The position numbers were made by a program, and so were the translations under genes. A stretch of 64,000 nt of DNA from Chitinophagales bacterium. Lineage in GTDB: Bacteria > Bacteroidota > Bacteroidia > Chitinophagales > CAIOSU01. How positions within the stretch are numbered: position 1 is the stretch's first letter; the number at the start of each line of letters is the position of its first letter. The stretch is taken from assembly GCA_026003335.1 (NCBI GenBank), contig BPHB01000002.1, positions 857,363 to 921,362 of the forward strand. The letters are read 5' to 3'. This document shows, piece after piece, positions 36,135-45,880 of the stretch. The notes beneath the pieces were generated by a model. The model was not told where the DNA came from, made no database searches, and saw only the letters and a program-made list of their open reading frames with translations.

Positions 36135-38816
36135 ATGAGAACCCCCGGTTTGCTGCGTCTTGCGGGTTTGGAACCTCTGATTGTTACCCCGCAAAGCAAC
36201 TTTATTAATGTGGGGGAACGCACCAATGTTACCGGTTCCAGAAAATTCCTGCGCCTTATCAGGGAGGAAAAATACGAAGAAGCCCTCAGTATCGCATTGG
36301 ATCAGGTAAGAGGCGGGGCACAAATTCTGGATGTAAATATGGATGAAGCCATGATTGACGGCAAAGCCGCCATGGTGAAATTCCTTAATCTCATAGCTGC
36401 TGAGCCGGAAATTGCCCGCATCCCCATTATGATTGACTCCTCCAACTGGGATATTATTGAAGCCGGCTTAAAATGCGTACAGGGCAAAAGCATCGTGAAT
36501 TCCATCAGCCTTAAAGCGGGTGAAGCGGAGTTTATCCGTCAGGCGCGTCTGGTCAGGAGATATGGTGCGGCAGCCATTGTTATGGCCTTCGATGAAAAAG
36601 GCCAGGCCGACACCTTTGAGCGCAGAATTGAAATATGCAAGCGCAGCTATGATATTTTAACCGAAAAAGTAGGCTTCCCTGCCGAAGATATCATTTTTGA
36701 CCCCAATATTTTTCCTGTTGCCACCGGCATTGAGGAACATAACAATTATGCTTTAGATTTTTTCCGTGCCACCAAGTGGATTAAGGAAAATCTTCCCGGA
36801 GTTCACGTAAGCGGAGGCATTAGCAACGTGTCATTTTCATTCAGGGGCAACGATGTCATCCGGGAGGCTATGCACTCTGCCTTTCTATACCATGCTATAC
36901 GCCATGGATTAGACATGGGCATCGTCAATCCGAACCAGTTAGAGGTTTATGACAATATTCCTAAAGAATTATTGGAAAGGGTAGAAGATGTTTTGCTCAA
37001 CAGGCGTAAAGATGCCACCGAACGTCTGCTGGAGTTTGCTGCCACCGTAAAAAGCAGCGGAAAAAAAAAGGAAGAACAGCTGCAATGGCGCAACAAGCCC
37101 GTTAAAGACAGGCTCATTTATGCGCTGGTGGAGGGCATAGCAGATTTTATTGAAGAAGACACTGAGGAAGCAAGAAAACAGTTTGACCACCCCCTGCAGG
37201 TTATTGAAGGTCCTCTGATGGAAGGAATGAACATCGTAGGCGACCTGTTTGGCTCAGGTAAAATGTTTCTTCCGCAGGTAGTGAAAAGCGCCCGTGTGAT
37301 GAAAAAATCCGTTGCCTACCTGACCCCTTTCATTGAAGCCGAAAAATCCGGCAACAGGCAGTCTGCCGGCAAGGTCTTGCTTGCTACCGTAAAAGGGGAT
37401 GTGCATGACATCGGTAAAAATATTGTGGCCGTAGTGCTGGGTTGCAATAACTACGAAGTCATTGATTTGGGAGTAATGGTGCCCTGTGAAAAAATTCTTC
37501 AGACTGCCCGTGAACAGAAAGCCGACATTATAGGGCTGAGCGGGCTAATCACTCCCTCGCTGGACGAGATGGTGCATGTTGCCCGGGAAATGGAGCGTGA
37601 AGGGTTCAACATCCCCCTGCTGATTGGCGGTGCCACCACCTCCAAAGTACATACGGCTGTAAAAATTGAACCGCATTACAAAAGAGCCGCTACTGTACAC
37701 GTGCTGGATGCCTCGCGATCGGTTACCGTTGTGGAAAATCTACTCAGCAACAGAAAAGATGAATTTGTCAAGGCTATCCGGGACGAATACCGGATGATCA
37801 GAGAACGCTATCATAATAAAGAACAAACGCGGGACCTTATCCCTATTGAAGAAGCAAGACGAAACAAATTGCAGATAGACTGGCATGCCGCATCCATCTG
37901 CACTCCATCTTTTCTTGGCATACGCGTATTTGATGATTATCCGCTGGAAGAGCTCATAGATTATATCGACTGGACTCCTTTTTTTGCCACTTGGGAAATG
38001 CGTGGTAAGTATCCGGCTATTTTACAGGATGCCGCCCTGGGCAGGGAAGCCAAAAAACTGTTTGACGATGCCCAACAGATGCTGCGGAAGATTATACACG
38101 ACAAGATGCTCACGGCACGGGCTGTAGTCGGCTTTTTTCCTGCCAATGCACGGGGAGATGATATTGTTTTATATAAGAACGAGCAGCGCACCGACACACT
38201 CACGATACTGTATCATTTGCGTCAGCAGCAGAAAAAAACAGCCGGGCAACCTAACCTTTGCCTCAGTGACTTTATCGCTCCGGAAGAAACAAAAGTGCCA
38301 GATTATCTGGGTGCCTTTGCCGTTACGGCCGGCATAGGAGCCGAAGCATGGATTTCCCGGTTTGAATCCCACCATGATGATTATCGCAGCATTCTCTTCA
38401 AAGCGCTGGCCGATCGTTTAACTGAAGCGCTGGCCGAAAGAATGCATGAACGGGTGCGCAAAGAGCTGTGGGGCTATGTGCCGCATGAGCAGCTTACCAA
38501 CGAAGCGCTGATTGCTGAAAAGTATCAAGGTATCAGGCCGGCTCCCGGCTATCCGGCATGCCCCGATCATACCGAAAAGATTACTCTTTTTGAGCTATTG
38601 CATGTCACCGAACAAACCGGCATCCGGCTGACTGAAAGTCTGGCCATGCATCCGCCCGCATCGGTATGCGGATGGTATTTTTCTCATCCGCAGTCAAAAT
38701 ACTTCGGTGTAGGTAAAATACTCAAAGACCAGGTGCAGGATTATGCCCTACGTAAAAACATGTCCGTAAAGGAAGTGGAAAAGTGGCTCAGCGCCTGGCT
38801 TGCTTACGAGCCCTGA
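36135..38816 (+). CDS. metH: Cobalamin-dependent methionine synthase lacking the N-terminal homocysteine-binding domain (pterin-binding, B12 cap/binding and AdoMet-activation domains)
   Basis: It starts at [17 protein letters not shown], the start of the pterin domain in E. coli MetH. It carries the B12 motif [11 protein letters not shown] and the activation domain [15 protein letters not shown]. Stop codons lie upstream of the ATG. Confidence 0.9.
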   Translation: MRTPGLLRLAGLEPLIVTPQSNFINVGERTNVTGSRKFLRLIREEKYEEALSIALDQVRGGAQILDVNMDEAMIDGKAAMVKFLNLIAAEPEIARIPIMIDSSNWDIIEAGLKCVQGKSIVNSISLKAGEAEFIRQARLVRRYGAAAIVMAFDEKGQADTFERRIEICKRSYDILTEKVGFPAEDIIFDPNIFPVATGIEEHNNYALDFFRATKWIKENLPGVHVSGGISNVSFSFRGNDVIREAMHSAFLYHAIRHGLDMGIVNPNQLEVYDNIPKELLERVEDVLLNRRKDATERLLEFAATVKSSGKKKEEQLQWRNKPVKDRLIYALVEGIADFIEEDTEEARKQFDHPLQVIEGPLMEGMNIVGDLFGSGKMFLPQVVKSARVMKKSVAYLTPFIEAEKSGNRQSAGKVLLATVKGDVHDIGKNIVAVVLGCNNYEVIDLGVMVPCEKILQTAREQKADIIGLSGLITPSLDEMVHVAREMEREGFNIPLLIGGATTSKVHTAVKIEPHYKRAATVHVLDASRSVTVVENLLSNRKDEFVKAIRDEYRMIRERYHNKEQTRDLIPIEEARRNKLQIDWHAASICTPSFLGIRVFDDYPLEELIDYIDWTPFFATWEMRGKYPAILQDAALGREAKKLFDDAQQMLRKIIHDKMLTARAVVGFFPANARGDDIVLYKNEQRTDTLTILYHLRQQQKKTAGQPNLCLSDFIAPEETKVPDYLGAFAVTAGIGAEAWISRFESHHDDYRSILFKALADRLTEALAERMHERVRKELWGYVPHEQLTNEALIAEKYQGIRPAPGYPACPDHTEKITLFELLHVTEQTGIRLTESLAMHPPASVCGWYFSHPQSKYFGVGKILKDQVQDYALRKNMSVKEVEKWLSAWLAYEP

Positions 38817-39844
38817 AGCCTTCTCACAAATCTTCCCTTGCGATATACATTACGTCCTTTGGTCAAGCCCTTCCGCAGTTCCTTCTGCTTCTCAACAGGC
38901 AGTTGAATAAAATCACGGCAGGCCGCTGAGCAGCAGCCGTCATATTGGCGGGCGCATTCCTCGCACTGAATAAACAGCAGATGGCACCCTTCGTTTTTGC
39001 AGTTCACATGCCGGTCACTGGGGCTACCACATTGATGACAGCTGCTGATCACCTCATCGGTGATTCTTTCTCCCAGCCGCTCGTCAAAAACGAAGTTCTT
39101 TCCATGAAACTTATTTCGCAAGCCCAGTGCCTTAACCTGCCTTGCATAATGAATGATACCTCCTTCAAGCTGATGCACCTTTTTAAATCCTTTGTGCTTG
39201 AGCCATGCGCTGGCTTTTTCACAGCGTATGCCGCCGGTACAATACATCACGATGTTTTTGTCTTCCTTACCTTTCAGCATTTCTTCCACCATTTTCAATT
39301 CCTCGCGAAAGGTGTCCGCATCCGGCAGAATGGCATTTTCAAAATGGCCTACCTCCGATTCATAATGATTGCGCATGTCAATAAGTATGGTCTCCGGATC
39401 ATCGGTGAGTCGGTTGAATTCTTCGGCATTCAGATAGCGCCCTACATTGGTGACGTCAAAAGTCTTATCATCCAGGCCGTCAGCCAGAATTTTTGATCTT
39501 ACTTTTATTTTCAGCTTAAAAAAGGATTTGCCGTTGTCGTCCACGGCAAAGTTCAGGCGGATGGTTTGCAGAAAGGAGACAGAGTCCAGAAGTTGCTTAA
39601 ACTGTTCTTTGTTTTTTTCCGGTATGCTGATCTGTGCATTGATGCCCTCGGTGGCTACATATACTCGTCCAAGCACTCCCAGCGCGGACCATTGCAGAAA
39701 CAACCAATCCCGAAATGCCTGCGGATCAGGGATGCGGGCATATTTATAAAAAGATACCGTCAGCCGCGGTTCTGAGCTTTCCATAAGCTTCTGTTTCAAA
39801 AGCCGGCTATCCTCTGTGTTATATAAAGGAACTGACTTTTGCAT
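38804..39844 (-). CDS. trhO: Rhodanese-domain tRNA uridine(34) hydroxylase TrhO (YceA/UPF0176)
   Basis: 346 aa with [17 protein letters not shown] and a C-terminal Cys-rich tail. It converges on metH with a 13-nt overlap. Confidence 0.8.
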   Translation of the reverse strand: MQKSVPLYNTEDSRLLKQKLMESSEPRLTVSFYKYARIPDPQAFRDWLFLQWSALGVLGRVYVATEGINAQISIPEKNKEQFKQLLDSVSFLQTIRLNFAVDDNGKSFFKLKIKVRSKILADGLDDKTFDVTNVGRYLNAEEFNRLTDDPETILIDMRNHYESEVGHFENAILPDADTFREELKMVEEMLKGKEDKNIVMYCTGGIRCEKASAWLKHKGFKKVHQLEGGIIHYARQVKALGLRNKFHGKNFVFDERLGERITDEVISSCHQCGSPSDRHVNCKNEGCHLLFIQCEECARQYDGCCSAACRDFIQLPVEKQKELRKGLTKGRNVYRKGRFVRRLQGS

Positions 39845-39901
39845 GTGGCAAAAATAAACGCACAGCGGGAGTTATGCTAAATTTACCAACCCTGCTTTTA
39901 C

Positions 39902-40582
39902 GTGAACACCTCATTTGCTTATGGTTCAACATTTATTCTGGGTGCGATTCACGCCCTGGAGCCCGGCCATGGCAGTTCATTTATAGCATCCTACCTGCTG
40001 GGTGAAAAACTCACACTGCGACACATCTTTACCCTTGCGTTCAGCTTGCTGGTTACCCACTTTCTACTGCTGATAATCATTGCCCTCCTCATGCGGATCG
40101 TGTTTTCCCATGCGGTGTTTGAACGGGCTGAGATCCTACTGTCATGGGCAGGTCCGTTAATCATTATTGCATTTGGCATTTTTTTGGTTCTCAGGCACCG
40201 ACACAGCCACGAAGAGCATAATCTGTTTCACTCTCCTTCTGCCTGCAAACCGGCTGAAGGGAACAATCTGCGCAAACCCGCTATGGTAGGTATTATCAGT
40301 GGCCTGCTGCCATGCCCTACGGTGATTGCACCTATCCTCATGTCGGGGGCAGCTAATAATTTTCACAACGCAATATTTTACATTTTGACTTATGTGCTGG
40401 GCATGGGTGCGGTAATGCTGATGTTGATGATGCTGTTTTTTTTGATGCAGAAGGCTCTGCTCCGCAAACTGGAAACTGTCTTTGTGCGCATAAAGCCGCA
40501 TCTGATAAGCGCACTGCTCATCATTGCGGTTGGCGTTGCTTACCTTGGGCTAGCAATCTACTCTGCTTTAACCGGGTCGTAA
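39902..40582 (+). CDS. NicO/RcnA-like nickel/cobalt transporter family membrane protein
   Basis: GTG start. It has an HALEPGHG motif in TM1, a His-rich loop RHRHSHEEHNLFH, and about 6 TM helices. Confidence 0.6.
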   Translation: MNTSFAYGSTFILGAIHALEPGHGSSFIASYLLGEKLTLRHIFTLAFSLLVTHFLLLIIIALLMRIVFSHAVFERAEILLSWAGPLIIIAFGIFLVLRHRHSHEEHNLFHSPSACKPAEGNNLRKPAMVGIISGLLPCPTVIAPILMSGAANNFHNAIFYILTYVLGMGAVMLMLMMLFFLMQKALLRKLETVFVRIKPHLISALLIIAVGVAYLGLAIYSALTGS

Positions 40583-40622
40583 ATCTGCTTACTCAATTTT
40601 TTTCTTAATTTTCATGCGATTC

Positions 40623-40784
40623 ATGAAAATCCGTAATCTCCTTATCCTAACGGTGTTAGCTGTGCTGTTATCCGCGTGCAGCCACTATACGTGTCCCACT
40701 TATGATAACAGTTCTGGGGAGCAAAAATACCATGGGAAAAACCGCAGCACCAGCAAGGGTTTGTTCCCGAAAAACATGCAATAG
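40623..40784 (+). CDS. Small putative lipoprotein (53 aa)
   Basis: Not in the track. Translation is MKIRNLLILTVLAVLLSACSHYTCPTYDNSSGEQKYHGKNRSTSKGLFPKNMQ, with a signal peptide and lipobox LSAC. An in-frame ATG also lies at 40614. Confidence 0.4.
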   Translation: MKIRNLLILTVLAVLLSACSHYTCPTYDNSSGEQKYHGKNRSTSKGLFPKNMQ

Positions 40785-40841
40785 CCATTCAGAGCCTGTC
40801 CTCTAGCTGCTTTAACGTAAACTATGGTTACAGGTATAGCT

Positions 40842-41372
40842 TCATTGCCCAAGATGAAGTCTGTCAGAAAAGGGTTTGAGCCGCTGAGAAATGGCAGCGG
40901 TATCCGCTGACGGATTGTTGCGGTCCATGAGAAGAATGGCCTGAGTAGTGAACCCTCCGCGAATTGTACCATCGGGTAGTTCTATGAGCCAGTCTTCTGC
41001 CTTGAGAAGATGTAAGGCCACATATGGCGGATAAAATACCTCATCTGCCTCGCCTTTATGCAGGAGCTCTGCTGTTACCATAAGGGAATCCACCTTTAGC
41101 ACTTTCGCCCAGAGATGCTCCACATGTCCGGGAACAGGCTCAAAAGAAAAGCGCACGAAAGCCTGGTTTGGATATTGGGCATAGAGAGCAACAAACGTGT
41201 CCAGGGTTTGCCGTGCCTGTTGACGGGCATGAATCATCAAAGGGTGCTGCTCCTCTATGCGGGGAAGCCTGTTTTCCTGCGGAGCAGAAAAAATCATCAA
41301 GACTATAATAATGCCAGCCAGAAGGACAAATACTCCGGTTACTATAAAAAAGAATTTCAATGGCCTATCCAT
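40842..41372 (-). CDS. Membrane-anchored hypothetical protein (possibly DUF2314-like)
   Basis: The ATG at 41372 gives MDRPLKFFFIVTGVFVLLAGIIIVLMIF. The soluble domain has HLWAKVLKVD and PDGTIRGGFT strings that resemble DUF2314 from memory. The track start at 41396 is a TTG. Confidence 0.5.
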   Translation of the reverse strand: MDRPLKFFFIVTGVFVLLAGIIIVLMIFSAPQENRLPRIEEQHPLMIHARQQARQTLDTFVALYAQYPNQAFVRFSFEPVPGHVEHLWAKVLKVDSLMVTAELLHKGEADEVFYPPYVALHLLKAEDWLIELPDGTIRGGFTTQAILLMDRNNPSADTAAISQRLKPFSDRLHLGQ

Positions 41373-41420
41373 AATGCAGCGCCTCTTTAAGACCAAGGTA
41401 AATTTGTATTTTTAACACTG

Positions 41421-42200
41421 ATGGCCTCCCGCGGAATTTACAACAGCCTTCTGCAAAGAAAGCAAAACAATATCCGATCGCTGGCAGTGCTGATTGATCC
41501 GGATAAGTGTGCATTAGAGAGGCTGCCCCATTTTGTTGTGCAGGCGCAACAGGCCGGAGCAGACTACTTTTTTGTGGGTAGCAGTCTGTTGGTACAGAAT
41601 ACCTTTTCAGAATGCCTGGTAGCTATTCGCAAATACGCGCATGTGCCGGTAGTCATTTTTCCGGGCAGTTGTTACCAGGTGAGTCCGCTTGCCGATGCGA
41701 TCCTGCTGTTATCGCTGATTTCGGGGAGAAATGCCGAATTTCTTATCGGCCAGCAGGTTGCCGCAGCTACGGCTCTCAAAAAAAGTAATCTTGAAATCAT
41801 ATCTACCGGCTATGTATTAATTGATGGCGGACGCCTCACTTCCGTGCATTACATCAGCCAGACTCTGCCTGTTCCGGCGGATAAGCCCGACATTGCAGTA
41901 GCCACAGCCCTGGCAGGTGAGATGCTCGGGCTGAAAACTATCTATCTGGAAGCCGGTAGTGGCGCTGCAAAGTCCGTAAGCCCTGCCATGATCAGTGCAG
42001 TGCGCGAAAACATCAGCATACCCCTGCTGACAGGAGGAGGCATACGGGATGCTGAGAAAGCTTTTGCCATTGCCCGTGCCGGAGCAGATGTTGTTGTAAT
42101 CGGCAACAGCTTTGAACAAGACCCCTCTCTGCTTTTTGAAATGGCTTGTGCTGTGCATGAAGCCGGTCATTCTTCCCAAACACAAATACATTCCCCTTGA
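41421..42200 (+). CDS. Geranylgeranylglyceryl/heptaprenylglyceryl phosphate synthase family protein (PcrB/GGGPS)
   Basis: 259 aa, TIM-barrel-like, with AVLIDPDK, ADYFFVGSS, IYLEAGSGA and LLTGGGIRDAEKAFAIARAGADVVVIGNSFE. Confidence 0.8.
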   Translation: MASRGIYNSLLQRKQNNIRSLAVLIDPDKCALERLPHFVVQAQQAGADYFFVGSSLLVQNTFSECLVAIRKYAHVPVVIFPGSCYQVSPLADAILLLSLISGRNAEFLIGQQVAAATALKKSNLEIISTGYVLIDGGRLTSVHYISQTLPVPADKPDIAVATALAGEMLGLKTIYLEAGSGAAKSVSPAMISAVRENISIPLLTGGGIRDAEKAFAIARAGADVVVIGNSFEQDPSLLFEMACAVHEAGHSSQTQIHSP

Positions 42201-43132
42201 AAGGCAGAGTCATTAAATCCACCGGCAGCTGGTATCTGGTGCGGCTGGAAGACGGTACTCTTCTGAACTGCCGGATTAAAGGAAAATTTCGCCTGGAGGA
42301 TGAAAAATTAACCAACCCCGTTGCTGTGGGAGATGAAGTGTGGACAGAAAGAGAGCCCTCTGACGGAACGGCAATGATTACTGAACTCCTGCCCCGAAGA
42401 AACTATATTTCCCGGCAATCGCCCCGACACAAACAGGCTCGCCATATCATTGCAGCCAATATTGACCAGGCTTTCCTGATTGCCACCATCGCATACCCCC
42501 GCACCTCAACCGGATTCATTGACCGCTTTCTGCTGACCACCGAGGCCTATCATATTCCCGCTCATATTTTGTTCAACAAACTTGACCTGATAGAGGGCAA
42601 CACTCTCCGGAAACTGGAAGCCATAGAGCACATCTACAGAAGTATTGGCTATCCGGTTCACCGGCTGAGCGCTTTAAACCAACAACACCTGGAAAAGCTG
42701 GTAGATTTGATGACAGGCAAGACCACCCTTCTGGCCGGACACTCCGGAGTAGGCAAATCCACCTTTATTAATGCTGTGATTCCAGGTGTACAGCAAAAAA
42801 CAGCAGAAGTATCCCGTGTACACCACAAAGGCACTCATGCCACCACGTTTGCTGAAATGTTTCAACTTCCTGGCGGAGGTTTTGTTATTGATACCCCCGG
42901 AGTGAAAGAATTCGGCCTGTTGGATATAGAACCCTCCGAAGTGAGTCATTATTTCAAAGAGATGCGGGAAGTACTGGATAAGTGCCGGTTTAACAATTGT
43001 CTGCATGTAAATGAGCCGCACTGTGCAGTGAAGGCCCTGGTGGAAGAAGGCAAAATACATGAGGAACGTTACAGAAACTATTTGAAAATACTGGAAGATT
43101 GCAAAGCAACCCGGCAGGAACAGTATGATTAG
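42197..43132 (+). CDS. rsgA: Ribosome small-subunit-dependent GTPase A
   Basis: The TTG start overlaps the GGGPS stop (TTGA). It has KGRVIKSTGSWYLV (OB fold), NKLDL, GHSGVGKST and the zinc knuckle CRFNNCLHVNEPHCAV. Confidence 0.9.
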   Translation: MKGRVIKSTGSWYLVRLEDGTLLNCRIKGKFRLEDEKLTNPVAVGDEVWTEREPSDGTAMITELLPRRNYISRQSPRHKQARHIIAANIDQAFLIATIAYPRTSTGFIDRFLLTTEAYHIPAHILFNKLDLIEGNTLRKLEAIEHIYRSIGYPVHRLSALNQQHLEKLVDLMTGKTTLLAGHSGVGKSTFINAVIPGVQQKTAEVSRVHHKGTHATTFAEMFQLPGGGFVIDTPGVKEFGLLDIEPSEVSHYFKEMREVLDKCRFNNCLHVNEPHCAVKALVEEGKIHEERYRNYLKILEDCKATRQEQYD

Positions 43133-43189
43133 ATTTTCCAAACGCCCTCCCGTGTAACCTGTATAAACACATTCTAAACATTAAAAACT

Positions 43190-43642
43190 ATGCGCACAGT
43201 CATTCAGCGTGTAAAATCAGCTCACGTTGAAATTAATGGCATCATTACCTCCAGCATTAGCCATGGCTTGCTGGTATTGGCTGGTTTTGAAGATACCGAT
43301 ACGCTTGAAGACCTTCAGTGGATGGCGAAGAAAATCGTCCAGCTCCGCATTTTTAATGATGCCCACCGAATCATGAATCTGAATATACAGGACGTCCGGG
43401 GCAATTTGCTTATTGTAAGCCAGTTTACTCTCTTGGCCAGTACAAAAAAGGGCAACCGCCCTTCCTACATCCGGGCGGCTAAGCCTGCCGTTGCAATACC
43501 TTTATATGAAGCATTTATAGAAATCGTTCAGCAGGAGGCCGGAAAGCCCGTTTTTACCGGTAAATTCGGAGCTGATATGCAGGTGGCGCTGGTGAATGAT
43601 GGGCCCGTTACTATTATCATAGATAGCAAACAAAGAGAATGA
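43190..43642 (+). CDS. dtd: D-aminoacyl-tRNA deacylase
   Basis: 150 aa with MRTVIQRVKSAHVEING, SQFTLLA and NDGPVTIIIDS. Confidence 0.92.
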   Translation: MRTVIQRVKSAHVEINGIITSSISHGLLVLAGFEDTDTLEDLQWMAKKIVQLRIFNDAHRIMNLNIQDVRGNLLIVSQFTLLASTKKGNRPSYIRAAKPAVAIPLYEAFIEIVQQEAGKPVFTGKFGADMQVALVNDGPVTIIIDSKQRE

Positions 43643-44136
43643 AAGCATTCCGTGAATACGTTGTGAGCCATAAAGAAAAAGGCGAGAAACTGCTTTCCCG
43701 TCTGGAGATGGCCGGCCTCCTGTTTACCATGCTTGCCCTGGTGCTGATGCTGAAAAAAATCCCTTTCAGCGGGTATTTTTTTATACTGGGTCTTTCTGCT
43801 CTGACGGCAGTGTATCTCTCATTGGGGATATTCTGCAAGGAATTTTTCGGCCTTTCAGAAACCGATTTCTTTTCCAAAGCTCTTACAGGTGCTTACCTGG
43901 CCCTTTCCTTCACCACTCTGGGTATCCTGTTTCTCATTATGCGCTGGCCTGCTGCCCGGTTGCTGACCGAAGGCGGTTTTGCGGCTACCCTGCTTTTTTT
44001 TCTGTTTTTTACTTATCGTTTGTACCTAGTAAAAACAGACGAAAAATATAAAATCATTATGCATAATCTCATTGTAAGAATGCTGCCGGTGCTTATTACC
44101 ATAGGCATTTTAATTATTATCCAACTTAAAAGCTGA
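43639..44136 (+). CDS. Hypothetical membrane protein
   Basis: 165 aa with about 5 hydrophobic helices. It overlaps dtd by ATGA and abuts the next gene. Confidence 0.6.
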   Translation: MKAFREYVVSHKEKGEKLLSRLEMAGLLFTMLALVLMLKKIPFSGYFFILGLSALTAVYLSLGIFCKEFFGLSETDFFSKALTGAYLALSFTTLGILFLIMRWPAARLLTEGGFAATLLFFLFFTYRLYLVKTDEKYKIIMHNLIVRMLPVLITIGILIIIQLKS

Positions 44137-44472
44137 ATGAATATGACCCTTCGGGAAGCCCAGCACACCGTAGACAACTGGATAAAAACCACAGGGGTAA
44201 AATACTTTAGTGAATTAACCAACATGGCTATCCTGGCGGAGGAAGTAGGCGAGGTGGCTCGCATCATCAGCCGTACATATGGAGACCAGTCTTTCAAAAA
44301 AAGCGACAAAAAAGTCCATCTTGCTGATGAACTAGCCGATGTGTTATGGGTAGTTATTTGTCTGGCAAATCAAACCGGTGTAGATCTGACAGATGCTTTT
44401 AAGAAAAACCTGGAGAAAAAAACAAAACGGGACAGCAAACGCCATGAGAGGAATAAAAAGCTGAAATCTTAG
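44137..44472 (+). CDS. MazG-like nucleotide pyrophosphohydrolase
   Basis: 111 aa with LAEEVGEVARII and LADELADVLWVVICLAN (EExxE/ExxD-type motifs). Confidence 0.85.
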   Translation: MNMTLREAQHTVDNWIKTTGVKYFSELTNMAILAEEVGEVARIISRTYGDQSFKKSDKKVHLADELADVLWVVICLANQTGVDLTDAFKKNLEKKTKRDSKRHERNKKLKS

Positions 44473-45449
44473 GCAGCTGTATGCTGCGATGCGGCTCTTC
44501 TCAGGCGATCATTAATGGCTCGTCCCAGTCCGATATCCGGAACGGGTTCTGCCAGGATAACGGTAATGTCTGCCTGATCCAGCTGTCTTAAATAGCTAAA
44601 CAGATTTTTAGCTGCTTCTTTCAGGTCACCTGCTGGTGACAACACACATTGCGCGGCTACACCTGCTGCTTCAACGGGAGAGCGGAATGCGAGAATACCG
44701 GTTTGCTGCGGTAAAAAATTCTTCAGATTTTCTTTTATGTCTCCCAGAATGAGTTTTTTAACAGGAGCGTAATGTGTGCTCATCATCCCGGGTGCTTCTA
44801 CCGGGGCTGCTGATGCTACTGTTTGCACCGGACCGGCCAGTTGCTCAATTTTTTCCAGCTCCAGACCTCCGGGGCGCAGAAGTATAGTCGCTTCGGGAGT
44901 TACTTTAATGATGGTGGACTCAATTCCGATTTCGCAGGGTCCGCCATCCAACACATAATCTACCTTACTGCCCAACTGCTGCAACACATGTCCGGCACTT
45001 GTAGGGCTCACATATCCTGACGGGTTGGCACTGGGCGCTGCGAGCGGAAAATTCAGCATCCGCAAAAGTTGCAATGTAAGGGGATGGTGAGGCATCCGTA
45101 TTGCCACAGTATCCATGCCAGCGGTAACCACATCAGGAACAGATTCTTTTTTTTTGAGCACCAGCGTCAGGGGTCCCGGCCAAAAAGCCTCGGCAAGCCG
45201 TCTTGCCGTTGCGGGAAATCCGTCAACCAGTTTTTCGGCACCCTCCAGGCTTCCCACATGCAGTATGAGCGGATTAAAAGAGGGCCTGTTTTTCGCCTCA
45301 TAGATTTTCAATACCGCATCGGCATCCAGCCCGTTGGCTGCCAGGCCGTAAACGGTTTCCGTAGGAATAGCTACCAGCCGCCCTGCCCGCAGCAGAGCAG
45401 CCGCGTAGGCCACGTCTGTTCCGATATTATTTACAACATGCTGAGGCAT
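44469..45449 (-). CDS. tsaC: L-threonylcarbamoyladenylate synthase (Sua5/TsaC, long form)
   Basis: 326 aa with LRAGRLVAIPTETVYGLAANGLD, KNRPSFNPLILHV and SANPSG, plus a C-terminal Sua5 domain. Confidence 0.9.
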   Translation of the reverse strand: MPQHVVNNIGTDVAYAAALLRAGRLVAIPTETVYGLAANGLDADAVLKIYEAKNRPSFNPLILHVGSLEGAEKLVDGFPATARRLAEAFWPGPLTLVLKKKESVPDVVTAGMDTVAIRMPHHPLTLQLLRMLNFPLAAPSANPSGYVSPTSAGHVLQQLGSKVDYVLDGGPCEIGIESTIIKVTPEATILLRPGGLELEKIEQLAGPVQTVASAAPVEAPGMMSTHYAPVKKLILGDIKENLKNFLPQQTGILAFRSPVEAAGVAAQCVLSPAGDLKEAAKNLFSYLRQLDQADITVILAEPVPDIGLGRAINDRLRRAASQHTAA

Positions 45450-45844
45450 TCGTTTTCTTTTTTACGCATCCGCCTGCGGGTGGCCGGCTGTTTATCCGTA
45501 TAGCCCAAAAGGTGTAAAACACCATGAATCATTACTCGGTGCAACTCTTCTTCAAAAGGCAAATGGCGTTTTTCTGCATTATCCGCCACTCTCTCAACAC
45601 TGATATAAATATCACCCTCCACTGTTTGTGAGTCTTGCGAATAATCAAAAGTTATCACATCTGTGTACGTATGATGATGAAGATAACGGCTATTCATTTC
45701 CGCCAGAAATTCATCTGCGCAGAAAATAAAGTTGATGTTGCCGGCCACCTTCCCTTCAGTCTGAATAACGTTTTTAATCCAGGTGCGGATTTTTCGGGAA
45801 CGCTGTACACGGAAGCGAATGCCTTCGGTATGAAAATAAATCAT
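45431..45844 (-). CDS. ybeY: rRNA maturation RNase YbeY
   Basis: 137 aa with the HRVMIHGVLHLLGYTD metal-binding motif. Confidence 0.92.
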   Translation of the reverse strand: MIYFHTEGIRFRVQRSRKIRTWIKNVIQTEGKVAGNINFIFCADEFLAEMNSRYLHHHTYTDVITFDYSQDSQTVEGDIYISVERVADNAEKRHLPFEEELHRVMIHGVLHLLGYTDKQPATRRRMRKKENECLSML

Positions 45845-45880
45845 AGCGAAAATCCTACTGCACCAGGCAACTGATGACGG

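Noticed and set aside
37061-37069. A9 homopolymer inside metH as a possible slipped-strand phase-variation site
   Set aside because: It encodes an in-frame KKK in an inter-domain linker of a housekeeping enzyme. Nothing suggests contingency-locus behaviour.
38804-38816. 13-nt convergent overlap of the metH and trhO 3' ends
   Set aside because: Short convergent overlaps are common in compact genomes, and there is no associated structure.
40700-40972. 90-aa minus-strand track ORF
   Set aside because: It overlaps the 3' end of the DUF2314-like gene in another frame and is antisense to a convincing small lipoprotein ORF. It is likely spurious.
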